A stretch of 32,000 bases of DNA, from NCBI GenBank assembly GCA_963706795.1, contig OY970170.1:1140001-1172000 (forward strand). The letters run 5' to 3'. Below are positions 10,239 through 20,571 of the stretch, one piece after another. Within the stretch, counting starts at the first letter, position 1, and each line of letters opens with the position of its first letter. The DNA comes from Candidatus Saccharimonadota bacterium. GTDB taxonomy: Bacteria > Patescibacteriota > Gracilibacteria > BD1-5 > UBA2023. The position numbers and the translations under genes are program-made. The notes under the pieces are model-generated. The model did not search any database and was not told the DNA's origin. It saw nothing but the letters and a program-made list of their open reading frames with translations.

Positions 10239-10272
10239 ATCGGTACAATAGGCAAAGAATCGATAACGTCAA

Positions 10273-10797
10273 TTATTTCTTTGTAAGCGCATACCAAATA
10301 CCTCCAAAAATGGCACCAGCAGCATGTCCTATGAGGCTTATCGAGCCAGTAAAGCCAATGAATACATTGAGTCCGAGCATAAAAAACGCAGCCTTAGCTT
10401 GCGGATGATTGGTTCTATCGAGATAGAGCGCCAGGTAGGCAAGTACTGCCATGCAAAATCCACTGATTCCGATAGTTGGCTGACCCGAAAAAAATAGCAG
10501 CGCGACGTAGACGAAGACTGTATTTGCGAGAAAAAACCAAATGAATCGCTTGTTTCACATAATCTGTTCAAGCGTCGGTCCGTAAAAAATCAAAAAGATC
10601 GCATTGGATACGAGATGCAAAGTACCACCATGCAAAAATTGGTAAAATGCGAGCTCAGGCAGTACAGTTTGCCAAGTAAACCCGTCCTGCAAACTACTTC
10701 CGTTTGCTGCAAAATACAAAAGCTCAGGTGCAAAATATGAGGCAACCGTCACTCCAACACAGAGGAGTACGAGCATGAACGAAATCGATCTATCCAT
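10273..10797 (-). CDS. Rhomboid-family intramembrane serine protease
   Basis: This is a 174-aa ORF crossing TGA 10555. It has motifs …FLHGGTLHLVSNAIFL…, GISGFCMAVLAY (a GxSG-type site) and HAAGAIFGG. Its ATG overlaps the lgt stop (ATGGATAG). Confidence 0.75.
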
Positions 10798-11521
10798 TTT
10801 TACGAATGAGCCAAATACCAAAAATAAGCATCGGAAGCGACAAGAGCTGTCCGAGCGTAAAATACGACAAAATATATCCAATTTGCGGATCTGGAAGTCG
10901 TATAAACTCGACTAAAATCCGGATAATTGCATACCCAATCAAGAACACTGCGCTGACAATCCCAGGCTTTTTAGATCGTTGCGCTAATAGGAGGACGACA
11001 AACAAAACAGGTCCTTCTAAAACTGCTTCGAGCAGCGGAGAAGGGAAGTGGCTCTCGCTTCCAACCTTCATGGCAAACGGTCCGTAGTATCCTGCGCGTC
11101 CAAAGAGTTCACCATTGATATAGTTCGCGATTCGCCCGAGCCCAATTCCGATAGGAAGTATTGCAGTGACTTCGTCACTCACCTGCAAGAGCTGAAAGTG
11201 CTTTTTATGTGCAAACCAAATCATCGCCAAGATAACTCCGATCACTCATCCATGAAAGCTCATCCCACCATCCCAAAACGCCAAAATCTTGTTCGGATTT
11301 GCGAGATAAAACGGCAGATTATAAAAGAGAACATAGCCGAGTCGACCACCTAAAATCACTCCAAAAAAAATGTGAAAGAGGAGGTTATCGAGATTTTTAA
11401 TAACAAAAATACCACGCCTTCGAATAATCTCATATCCCGCAATAAAGCCTATTGCATAAGCCAAACCATAATAGGTCGGAGCAATGCGTATCGAAAAAAT
11501 CGTCAGCTCAAATATAGCCAT
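10790..11521 (-). CDS. lgt: Prolipoprotein diacylglyceryl transferase
   Basis: This joins 11246..11521 and 10790..11245 across a TGA that encodes the second Gly of the conserved WDGGMSFHG[G] motif. The downstream [13 protein letters not shown] is typical of Lgt. Confidence 0.9.
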
Positions 11522-11569
11522 AGAGTTTTGTAAGGAAGGTGAGTATAGCCTATTTCCTTAAAATTTCGT

Positions 11570-12112
11570 TTAAAATTCGCTATATCGAGTCGACTTAATT
11601 CCGTAGAGCACATAATCTGAGCCTGTGAGCCCTGCAGGATTGAGCTCTGCCTTCTTACATATGATCTCAAAAAGTTCGTCCGCCGTTCCTGCAATATTCG
11701 TGATATTTGGGAGAAGTACCGCGAGTTTTCCTAGATTTTGCGAGAGCAGGATGAATCCTTCGTTTTTTGGATCAATATCCTTGTGCGATTGGAGAACACG
11801 ACGATCTTCATTGCGGATGACGTCTACGCGAACCTGGATTTTGTCGATTGCCATTGGATTTGCGAGCGTATTTGAGAGTCGTGGATCTGTAAGACACGCG
11901 AGGGTATTATCTATGAGCTCGAGAATAGTGTTCTCTTTTTTTGCGTGCACTCTACCGCTCGATGCAATAATAGCACCGTCTTTATAGAGGGTTACAAAGA
12001 CGAGATTTTTCGTCTTCACCTCAGGATTATTTGTCGCACCAAGTTCATCAATTGTTGGGATTTTTTTCTCGTTGAGGTATGTCGTGAGCACTTTTTTAGC
12101 AATGGTGTGCAT
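11570..12112 (-). CDS. AMMECR1-like domain protein
   Basis: This 180-aa ORF shows the pattern …NLVFVTLYKDG…DPR…IQVRVDVI…AVLLPNI…CKKAEL…, which resembles the AMMECR1 fold. The canonical LRGCIG cysteine motif is not evident. Confidence 0.55.
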   Translation of the reverse strand: MHTIAKKVLTTYLNEKKIPTIDELGATNNPEVKTKNLVFVTLYKDGAIIASSGRVHAKKENTILELIDNTLACLTDPRLSNTLANPMAIDKIQVRVDVIRNEDRRVLQSHKDIDPKNEGFILLSQNLGKLAVLLPNITNIAGTADELFEIICKKAELNPAGLTGSDYVLYGIKSTRYSEF

Positions 12113-12115
12113 GGT

Positions 12116-12871
12116 CTATTGGAATGTGGTAAGTGTCTTTTCGGCCTGAACTTCACGGTATTTTTCTTCTTCTTCGATCTGTTTGAAAACATTCCCTAGG
12201 ATATCCTGTCCCGAAATACTGTAGAGGTAGTAATATCCGAGCTCAAAAAGCGTGCGAAATGTCGTCGTCAAAAAGAATGCGAGTACGAGGACTAATGAGA
12301 GTGCATAGAGGATTTTCTCAGACACATTCGAACTTAAAAAGAAAACGGTTGATGCAAATGTTGCTACAAAAAATCCTAAAAATGATGCGTATACCGACAA
12401 GAGAGAATATCGATAATTTGAAAGGATTTCGACGATGAGATTTGTACCGAGAATATTAATGAGAACGTGCATTACAAAGACTGCCATGAGCATATCTGCT
12501 CTCGAAGATCCCACATAGACATAGAGTGGCGTAAAGACGAGGTAGAGCAGGAGTGAAAACAAAAATGTCTGCGTTGCCTGTGAAGCTCCACCACGGTATT
12601 TTTGTGGGAAAATGAGTGTTTGCAGATAAAACGCGAGTGCGCTTGCAATCAAGATAGCTACAAATGAGACAATCGAGAGGATATACGGAAACATTGCCGG
12701 CGCGGCTTCCTGTACTCCGCCAAGGAAAAAAAGCGTACAAATCAGGATAAATACTCCACCAACAAATCCTGCAACAATACTCGCAAGAGAAGAAAGTCCG
12801 ACTGATACAAGATCCGATCGTGGAGGTCCGAGAACATCCTCGTGTGAGCTATTTTCGAGTGGTGCGTTCAT
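12116..12871 (-). CDS. Polytopic membrane protein, unknown function
   Basis: This 251-aa ORF starts at the internal ATG (MNAPLENSS…) of track ORF 12116..12943 and has several hydrophobic helices. It ends 3 nt before the AMMECR1-like start. lspA overlaps its 5' end by 23 nt. Confidence 0.6.
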   Translation of the reverse strand: MNAPLENSSHEDVLGPPRSDLVSVGLSSLASIVAGFVGGVFILICTLFFLGGVQEAAPAMFPYILSIVSFVAILIASALAFYLQTLIFPQKYRGGASQATQTFLFSLLLYLVFTPLYVYVGSSRADMLMAVFVMHVLINILGTNLIVEILSNYRYSLLSVYASFLGFFVATFASTVFFLSSNVSEKILYALSLVLVLAFFLTTTFRTLFELGYYYLYSISGQDILGNVFKQIEEEEKYREVQAEKTLTTFQ

Positions 12872-13304
12872 AGTGCAAATGCGAAAGGATGAGGAGAATC
12901 GCTCAAAACGTGATAAATATATCAGCAACGTTAAAGATTGCAAAGTATTTGAGGCTTATGAAGTCCACAACTTTACCGATCATAATGCGATCAAATGCAT
13001 TTGAGAGCGCTCAAAAAATCACAGAGATATACCCAATTTGAGACAGGGGCAAGTGCCTCGTCGGATCAAATTTCAGCCCATACATAGAAATTGCACAGAT
13101 GAGCACACAAGTAACCCCAATCTGCAGCCATCCAGTAAGTGGTAAACTAAAGGCAATTCCACTATTATGTACGAGGCTCAGACTGAGATAATCTCAGATA
13201 ATCGAAACCTGCGTATCCCCAAAAAATGTACTCGCAAACGACTTTGTAAGTCGATCTGCGAGCAGGATACTTATCGCGTATATTCAAAGAATATATTTTG
13301 TCAT
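12849..13304 (-). CDS. lspA: Lipoprotein signal peptidase (signal peptidase II)
   Basis: This 151-aa ORF has 4 in-frame TGAs and is absent from the ORF track. Motifs are LVHNSGIAFSL and VIF[G]ALSNAFDRIMIGKVVDFISL…FNVADIFITF[G]A, the LspA catalytic Asp regions. Confidence 0.85.
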
Positions 13305-13332
13305 GAACGAAAAATAGTGTTCACCTTTTGGG

Positions 13333-14548
13333 TTAGGCTTTGTGAAAAATGAGCTTGAATTTCTTTTTACCTGCTTGTACAACTGTACCCTTTGCAGTGT
13401 CTAATGATACGATGGATTCGAGATCAGTTACTACAATTCCATTGATCTTGACTCAGCCTCCAGTTACTGCATTGCGAGCTTCGCCAGTAGTTGGGAAAAA
13501 TCCAATCTCTTTAATGAGTGATACGATTTTGATTGTAGACTCAGCGATAAAGGCTTTTTCCATCTGGTCTTCACTTGGCATGAGGCCTTCGGAGAGAACC
13601 TTTTCGAAGTATGCCTTTCCGGCTTCTGCAGCTTCTGGTGAATGGTAGAGACTGACGATGGTTTCGAGCAAGATCGAGTTTTACGTTTTTTGGATGCTCG
13701 CCAGAGTCGAGACGTTTTTGGTAAGCACTTACTTCTTCACTATCAAGAAGTGTTGCGAGTCTGAGGTAGTCAATAATGAGCTCGTCGCGTACTTCCATGA
13801 TTTTTACAAACATGGCATTCGGTTCCATGTCGATCGCAATGCAATTTGGTGAAGTCTTGCTCATCTTTTTGCCGTCTGGTCCGAGTAGGAGATCAAAGGT
13901 CATGATATCCTGCTTGGCTTGTCCGTGAGCTTCCTGAAGTGTACGACCAGCAAGAAGATTAAAGTACTGATCATTTCCGCCAAGCTCAACATCCGCCTTA
14001 ATCTGTACCGAATCCCACCCCTGCATCACTGGGTAGAGGAATTCTTGGAGACTGATACGGATACCACCCTTGATTCGCTTACTAAAATTCTCACGGTCGA
14101 GCATTTCAGCTACCGAAAAATTTGCAGCGAGTTCCCCAACCTGATTGAAGTTTGTCTTGTCCATCCATTCGCTGTTATAGCGAACTTCAACTTTGTCTAT
14201 ATCAAGGACTTTGCCAAAGAGACCGAGCCAGTTTGCTGCATTTTTGCGAGTCTGTTCGCGTGCGAGCATTGGACGCTCACCATCTTTGTCTGAGGTATCA
14301 CCCACCTGCGCTGTAGCATCTCCGATGATGAGGATGATCTGATGACCCAAATCCTGAAAAGCGCGAAGCTTGAGAATAGGAACCATGTGGCCAAGATGTA
14401 CGATAGTACCGGTTGGATCGATACCGAATTTTATACGGAGTTTTTCTCCTGATTCGAGGCGCTTGCGGAGATTGTTAGCATCGATGGCAGTGCTTACTCA
14501 TTTGGTGAGCAGGGTATCGATGGCGAGCTTAGAGGATTGAGTTGTCAT
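13333..14548 (-). CDS. tyrS: Tyrosyl-tRNA synthetase, reading frame interrupted by an apparent 1-nt frameshift near 13663-13672
   Basis: Motifs are HIGH-type TIVHLGH, GGNDQ, KMSKS-type KKMSKT and a C-terminal S4-like domain (…NAVTGG[G]VKING…). The catalytic part is in the frame of 13571..14386, extended to ATG 14548 through one TGA. The C-terminal part (ETIVSLYHSPEAAEAGKAYFEKV…) is in the +1 frame and ends at TAA 13333-13335. The total span is 1216 nt, which is not a multiple of 3. Confidence 0.85.
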
Positions 14549-14635
14549 AGATTGATTCGTTGCTGGATAAATTCCATAGTCAAAAAGCAGGATTTACCTG
14601 CGGACGACCAAGGAGTCTGGATGCAAAAATAAGAA

Positions 14636-15262
14636 CTACTTATTTTTGATGATTTTGTCGATGAGTCCGTAGGCGAGGGCATCGTCCGGATACATATAAT
14701 TGTCACGATCACAGTCCTTCTCTACCTGCTTGATATCTTTGCCGGTATGTTTTGCGAGGATTCCATAGAGAACCTGACCAGTTTTGATGATATTTTCTGC
14801 TACGATCTTGATATCGATTGCCTGACCTTCGGCACCACCAAGTGGCTGATGGATCATGATCTCAGAGTTCGGGAGCGAAAATCGTTTTCCCTTAGTTCCA
14901 CCTGCGAGGATGATCGCACCCATAGAAGCTGCGAGTCCGATACATACCGTGATGACATCACACTGGATATATTGCATGGTATCATAAATCGCGAGACCTG
15001 CAGTGACGTGTCCTCCTGGAGAATTTATATAAAGGGTGATTGGAGCCTTTGGATCCTGTTTTTCGAGGAAGAGCAATTGCGCAATAACGGTATTAGCTAC
15101 TGCTGAATCGATCGCATCACCAAGGAAAATCACACGGTCTTCGAGAAGTCGTGAATAAATGTCATAGACACGTTCTCCTGAAGGAGTCTTATCAATAACT
15201 GTTGGGATGAGCATATCGCTCAAGATAGTCTTCTTTTTACTTACGAGCTGTTGTGGAGCCAT
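14636..15262 (-). CDS. clpP: ATP-dependent Clp protease proteolytic subunit
   Basis: This is a 208-aa uninterrupted ORF carrying …[30 protein letters not shown]…[18 protein letters not shown]…AASMGA…MIHQP… The start is 2 nt after the upstream pilin stop. An internal Met (MLIPTV) is a possible alternative start. Confidence 0.93.
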   Translation of the reverse strand: MAPQQLVSKKKTILSDMLIPTVIDKTPSGERVYDIYSRLLEDRVIFLGDAIDSAVANTVIAQLLFLEKQDPKAPITLYINSPGGHVTAGLAIYDTMQYIQCDVITVCIGLAASMGAIILAGGTKGKRFSLPNSEIMIHQPLGGAEGQAIDIKIVAENIIKTGQVLYGILAKHTGKDIKQVEKDCDRDNYMYPDDALAYGLIDKIIKNK

Positions 15263-15264
15263 TT

Positions 15265-16035
15265 TTAGAAACCGTTAATTGGGAATGGAACGTTCGTCGT
15301 GTCGTTATTTTTGAGATTAGTTGTAGCACCTCCTGGCCCGATGAGCGAAACTGGACATGTGCCGTTACATGTTCCGTACTTGTCATCAAAGTCACCACTG
15401 ATTTTAGTAATCGGACCCTTCTGATCGTCGAGAATAGTGGCTGCAAGATTGAATGCCGTTGCAGTATTTCCACCTGTATTCCAAGCTGCTGGAAGTGCTG
15501 ACTTAGCATAGACAGCATAGACGTAGCGACCGATACCAAAATCTGAGAATACCTGTGATGATCCAACCTTAATATCTTTAAGTCCTGGATCCATGAGATC
15601 GAGTGAGAGTGAAGACTTTGGAAGAACGGTTGTATCCATAACTCCCTTCGCTCCGAGTTGGTTTGTTGGCGTTACTACGTCCATAACCATTCCACCACCA
15701 ATCGAGCTTGCTGCAGTTACACCAGTGATATTGTCACCAGATTTAGTAACCGTGATACCATTTTTGAGTGCAGCAGGAACCGCAGAATTATATCCCCAAA
15801 GATTAGTCGTCGCGCTATATACTGTCGGCATTGGAAGATACTGCTTGTCCTGACGATAGAGTTGAAGAGCATTTTCGATGGCTGCAAGATTCTCAACACG
15901 TTTTGAGTTTTTAGCCTTGTCCGTAGCTCCGGAGAAGCTCGTATAGGCAACCGTAGAGATGATTGCGAGAATAGTAATGACAACGAGAAGTTCTACGAGA
16001 GAAAATCCTCGCGAGGAGCGAATAGATGACATCAT
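15265..16035 (-). CDS. Type IV pilin (second pilin gene)
   Basis: It has the prepilin motif [10 protein letters not shown]|[21 protein letters not shown]. It is 256 aa from ATG 16035; in-frame alternatives are 16032 and 16056. It has no in-frame TGA and stops at TAA. Confidence 0.85.
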   Translation of the reverse strand: MMSSIRSSRGFSLVELLVVITILAIISTVAYTSFSGATDKAKNSKRVENLAAIENALQLYRQDKQYLPMPTVYSATTNLWGYNSAVPAALKNGITVTKSGDNITGVTAASSIGGGMVMDVVTPTNQLGAKGVMDTTVLPKSSLSLDLMDPGLKDIKVGSSQVFSDFGIGRYVYAVYAKSALPAAWNTGGNTATAFNLAATILDDQKGPITKISGDFDDKYGTCNGTCPVSLIGPGGATTNLKNNDTTNVPFPINGF

Positions 16036-16098
16036 GGGGAATAATGAATTACGCACAGTAGTGTAGGGCTTTTTAGGGTGAAATCAAATGCACGCAAC

Positions 16099-16124
16099 AA
16101 AAAATCCCCGTGAGGGGATTTTTT
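16099..16124 (-). terminator. Rho-independent terminator after the first pilin gene
   Basis: The sequence is AAAAAATCCCC-GTGA-GGGGATTTTTT, an 11-bp stem including the A:T pairs, about 40 nt downstream of the pilin stop at 16163. It is followed by a U-run on the minus-strand transcript. Confidence 0.7.
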
Positions 16125-16162
16125 GATCTCTTTTAAGCTTAATTTCGAGTGAAATTTTAAGA

Positions 16163-16996
16163 TTAGTAAGGGAGATTTGTACCTTGTCCGTCAGTAATTG
16201 CAGTTGTACCACCTGCTGCTGTTGCAATAAGTCCTGCAACTTCGTTTCCATCTGCAAGTGATGAAGTATGTCCAAGAGCAATAGTTGATACCACACCTGC
16301 TGCACTTGTACCTGTAATAGTAAGTGAAAGACCATCACCACTTACAGAGGTAATAGTACCATCACCGTCAGTACCTGCGCCATTTACCCAAACAGTGTCT
16401 CCTTTCTTAAAGAGTCCAACTGCTGTCGATTGAAGCCCAGTAACTGTAAAGCTACCTGCAATTCCAGTTCCACCAGCAACTGTGTAAGCAACTGCGGTTC
16501 GATTATTGTAGTTGCCTTTTACTGATGCAACTCCATTCGCATTTGTTCCTGCAGGTTCAAGCTTAGCGGCTACTTGAAAAATTCCATTTGCTCTAGTCGA
16601 TGAGCCCATGCGATATTCTGAACCAAGTGGATCCTTAAAACTTGTTGCATCAAGGCCAAGAACTGTATAGTTAGGAACACCTGCATTGTAGTCAGCAGTT
16701 GTTGAGTCTGCACCACCTACTTGTGCTGTTGTAAGTGCAAGTTTATTATTCGTGACCGCACTGTTAACAGTTGAAATAAGTGAAATTCCTTCTGTTGATT
16801 TTGTCGTAACTGCAGTTGTGAGTGATCGGAGATCAGCCGTTCGCTTCGAGTCACGGCTCTGTCCAGAATATCCCTGGAGTGAGAGGAATCCGATTGTTCC
16901 GAGGATTGCGAGGATCGTGATAACTACGATAAGCTCGACGAGGGTGAAACCCTTATTATTAGTAGAGGCAGAAGCCTGTGTTGTTTGTGAAACCAT
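16163..16996 (-). CDS. Type IV pilin (probable major pilin)
   Basis: This 277-aa ORF starts MVSQTTQASASTNNKG|[27 protein letters not shown]. The C-terminal part is Thr/Gly/Ala-rich. It has its own terminator, no in-frame TGA, and is first in the minus-strand string. Confidence 0.88.
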   Translation of the reverse strand: MVSQTTQASASTNNKGFTLVELIVVITILAILGTIGFLSLQGYSGQSRDSKRTADLRSLTTAVTTKSTEGISLISTVNSAVTNNKLALTTAQVGGADSTTADYNAGVPNYTVLGLDATSFKDPLGSEYRMGSSTRANGIFQVAAKLEPAGTNANGVASVKGNYNNRTAVAYTVAGGTGIAGSFTVTGLQSTAVGLFKKGDTVWVNGAGTDGDGTITSVSGDGLSLTITGTSAAGVVSTIALGHTSSLADGNEVAGLIATAAGGTTAITDGQGTNLPY

Positions 16997-17293
16997 AGAA
17001 AATGGTTATGGAATTAGAAGCGTTCGCTGGGCGAACTAAAATGAATCAAAACACAAGCTTCGCGTGATGTCAAATTTTCATGACACTCCGCTCTGCCTCG
17101 TGTCTCGAATTATGATAGACTATTTTTTGAAAAGTAAAATTCATTAATCGAATATTAATTTTTGAACATGTTTTTAAATTTTGTCTTGACTTGTGTGTGA
17201 GTTCGATTGGTGATTCGCGAATTTGCGGATATAAATATGCATCAGTAATTTTACTATTAGGCTGATCAATCCAAAGAAGCAAGAGGTCAGAAT

Positions 17294-18589
17294 TTGCTCC
17301 ACAAAAGCAAGTATACTATAGTACATACAGTAGATCGTAATGTTCCACGGAATTTGCTACAAAAAATAACATCCCAAAAGGATTTTCTTGAGCGATCAGT
17401 AAGCACAGACCTGGGTGATATCGTAGCGTATACGAATAGTCTCTTTGACTTTGCCATTGAGATGAAAGCGTCAGATATACATATCGAACCAATCAAGGAT
17501 TTTGTGAATATCCGCTTCCGAGCCAGCGGTGATTTTATTTTTGTGGACAAAATTTCGCACGAAGAATACGCAAAGCTCATCTCCCGTCTCAAGATCCTCG
17601 CAAATCTCCGTATCGACGAAAAATATCGCCCTCAAGACGGTAAGATCGCATACAGCTCAGAACAACACAACGAACTCATCGACATCCGTGTGAGTATTTT
17701 GCCACTCGTTGAGTGAGAAAAGGTCGTTATGCGTGTACTTCGTCAGGATACATCGCTTCTCTCGCTCGATAAGCTCGACCTCCTCGATGTAAATCTTGAG
17801 AAGATTAAAAAGAGTCTCGCGAGCCGCTATGGGATCATCCTCGTTGCTGGTCCGACGGGTTCGGGTAAGTCGACGACGCTCTTCTCTATGCTCAAGTCAT
17901 TTAATCCGCTTGAGTTTAATATCTCAACGCTTGAGGATCCTGTTGAATACAATATTCCATTTATCAATCAGAGTCAGGTAAAACCACAGATCGGTTTTGA
18001 CTTTGCGGCGGGTCTAAGATCGCTTGTACGTCAGGATCCTGATATCATCATGGTCTGAGAAATCCGCGACAAAGAAACCGCCATGCTCGCTATCGAAGCC
18101 GCCCTCACGGGTCACTTGGTGCTCTCAACTATCCATACCAACTCCGCTGCGGGTACGATTCAGCGACTTATTAATATGGGAATCGAACCATTTCTGATAT
18201 CGTCAGCTGTAAAGATGATTATCTCGCAGCGTCTCGTGAAGCGTCTCTGTCCGCATTGTCAGACTGCTCATCATATAACGGATGCGAGCACTCGTGAGCG
18301 TATACAAGAGGAGCTCAATGGTATCGTTGATGAAAGCGTCGACGAACTCGAATTTCACAGACCAAAAGGATGTGAAAAATGCGACAATACTGGCTATATC
18401 GGCCGTATCGGTGTCCATGAAGTACTCACCATGCAAGAAGAACTCAATCCACTCGTACTCAATAAGGCTTCAGTGCAAGAAATCGATCGAAAGGCCCGTG
18501 AACTCGGGATGATCAATATTATCCAGGATGCACTCATTAAATCAGTAACCGGTAAGACTTCTATAGAAGAAGCGCTGCAACTCATCTAA
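17294..18589 (+). CDS. pilB: Type IV pilus assembly ATPase (GspE/PilB family), short N-terminus
   Basis: This joins 17294..17716, 17729..18058 and 18083..18589 across TGAs that encode the conserved Gly in …LPLVE[G]EKVVMRVL and …DPDIIMV[G]EIRD. It has Walker [11 protein letters not shown] and a tetracysteine CPHC…CEKC. The only in-frame start upstream of the domain is TTG 17294, preceded by AAGAGG, so the start is uncertain. Confidence 0.9.
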
Positions 18590-18592
18590 CTC

Positions 18593-20569
18593 ATGATCAA
18601 GGAGATCTTACGTACGCTCTTTAAAATCCACTCGTCACCTGCTGATAAGGTGACGGATTTTAGTGATGCGTACGACTGGATCATTACGTATAAAAAGGCT
18701 CGGGAATACGACACAGCCATCATGGCTGCGCGAGAGCTTCTCCTCAAGATCAAATCAGGGATTACGTATTTTACGAGCGCCGAAAAAAAGATCACGGTGC
18801 TTGCTTCGTCTAATATTGAGAGCATCGCAAAGGCTGCCAAGAGCAAAGGAAGGACCGTCGAACGTCATCTCAAGCATCTCCATACTTGGGAAACTCAGGT
18901 CCGCAAGCTCATCGAAACCTGTGAAGAACTCCGCATCAAAAAACAAGAAAAAGACGAAGAACTCCGCATCCATGCACAGGTTATGGCGGAGATTGCTGTG
19001 ATTAACGGGCATATTACCAAAAAAGAGTTCCCTCAGGCACTGCATTTAGCAAAGAAGCTTGCAGCAGCGCACTACACATCAAAGGAAGCGACGGATACGC
19101 TCATCAAAACACAAAAACTCTTTGATAGTAAAATCAATAAAAAAGAAGAAAGTCTCAAGGGTACGCAACGCAGACTTGAGAGATTTTTCCGTGAATCTGG
19201 TATTAAAAATGGAGCCGAAGCAGCTGAGAAAACAAATGTTGCTCCAAAAAATGGATTCAAAGAAAAATTTCGCGCGTTGTTTGATCAGATATCGCTCAAA
19301 CAACGAGAACACCGCGAGTATCTCAAGCGCCAAAAGGCACTCCGCACCATTGAGCAACTCTTAGTTGAGTCTGGTTCGATTACCAAAATTACAGACGAAG
19401 AGGGGAATGAAGAGCTCTTCTCGATCATGGAAAATGGTCTTACGAAGGACATCAATAACTTTAGTATCGATGGGTACAACTTCTTTGGAAAAATTATCGG
19501 TAAGGACAAGATCGTAGGTGACACTTTTGGTTTTCATCGTGATGGCACACGAACAGTGTTCTATTTTGGCGATGCTACGGGACACGGAGTACAGGCAGGG
19601 TTTACGGTCTCGCTTCTCACGAAAATTTTCTTTGAATACGCAAAGAAGGTAAAGAACTTTGTAGAACTCTTCAAGACACTCAATAACGAACTCAAGGCAA
19701 AGCTCAAGGGTCGTGTATTTGTGACGGGAGTATTTATGGAACATGATTCGATGGCTGGAACGCTCAAATTTATTGGAGCTGGCCACGATCCGATGTATAT
19801 CTACCACGCCAAAACCCGCGAAGTAGAAAAAATCATCCCAGGAGGTCTCGCACTTGGAGTTCGCAATATCAGTAATGTTGGCTCGATCAAGGTCCGTGAC
19901 ATGATCCTCGAAGATGGCGATATCCTTGTGGGATATACCGACGGTATTATCGAAGCTCGCAATGCTCAAAATGAGCTCTATGGTCTCACTCGCCTCGAAA
20001 ATGCGCTTCGTGCCAAAGGCAAAGAATCCGAGGGCGACATCAACCGTCTCTACGATCTGCTCTATAAGGACGTAAAGGAATTCCAGGGAAATACTCTCTT
20101 TTTGGATGACGTTTCGTTTTTTATTTTTAAGCGTGATTCTTCACGAGATTTGATCACTGAGAAGGCTGAGCTCGATAAGCTGCTCGAAGATCTCGATATG
20201 TCTCAGCGAACGGTCAAGGTTGACTACAAAGGCAAAACCCGAGCCGAAGTTGCAGAACTCATGCAAAAAGAACGTCACGCAGCTGAGCTCAAAGCACGCC
20301 TCGCCAATCTTGATCAGCTCTACAAAATCTGAGAATATCCTCGCCTCAAACAAGAGATCACACAGTGCTACAAACAAGGATTTGTCCATGAACGAATGAA
20401 GTTCTTCCTCGAAAAAATCATGAAGAACGAAGACAAAACCAAGCTCACCAAGCTCGAAGACAGAATCCAGAAAAAATACGAAATGCTGCAGGAACTCTGC
20501 GACAAATGAGAATATGGTATAGTGATCCGAGAGACGATCGACGTCCTTTATAAGAATGGTAATATCTAG
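18593..20569 (+). CDS. SpoIIE/RsbU-like PP2C-family Ser/Thr phosphatase with long helical N- and C-terminal extensions
   Basis: This 658-aa protein extends track ORF 18593..20332 through TGAs at 20330 and 20507 to TAG 20567-20569. The phosphatase motifs are intact: GDTFGF, VFYFGDATGHGVQAG, GAGHDPMYIY, LVGYTDGIIEARN and LFLDDVSFFIFKR. About 300 N-terminal residues are Lys/Glu-rich and helical with no TM segment. Confidence 0.8.
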
Positions 20570-20571
20570 TT

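Noticed and set aside
14549-14635. There could be a T-box or other riboswitch leader upstream of tyrS, and likewise upstream of cysS at 2754-2830.
   Set aside because: The intergenic regions are only 87 and 77 nt, too short for a T-box leader. I could find no specifier-loop or T-box sequence and no terminator/antiterminator pair.
17070-17282. A 70-aa ORF lies in the pilin/pilB divergent intergenic region.
   Set aside because: It lies in the AT-rich promoter region and its translation is low-complexity (Ile/Lys/Asn-rich). It has no motif and no support from neighbouring gene structure.
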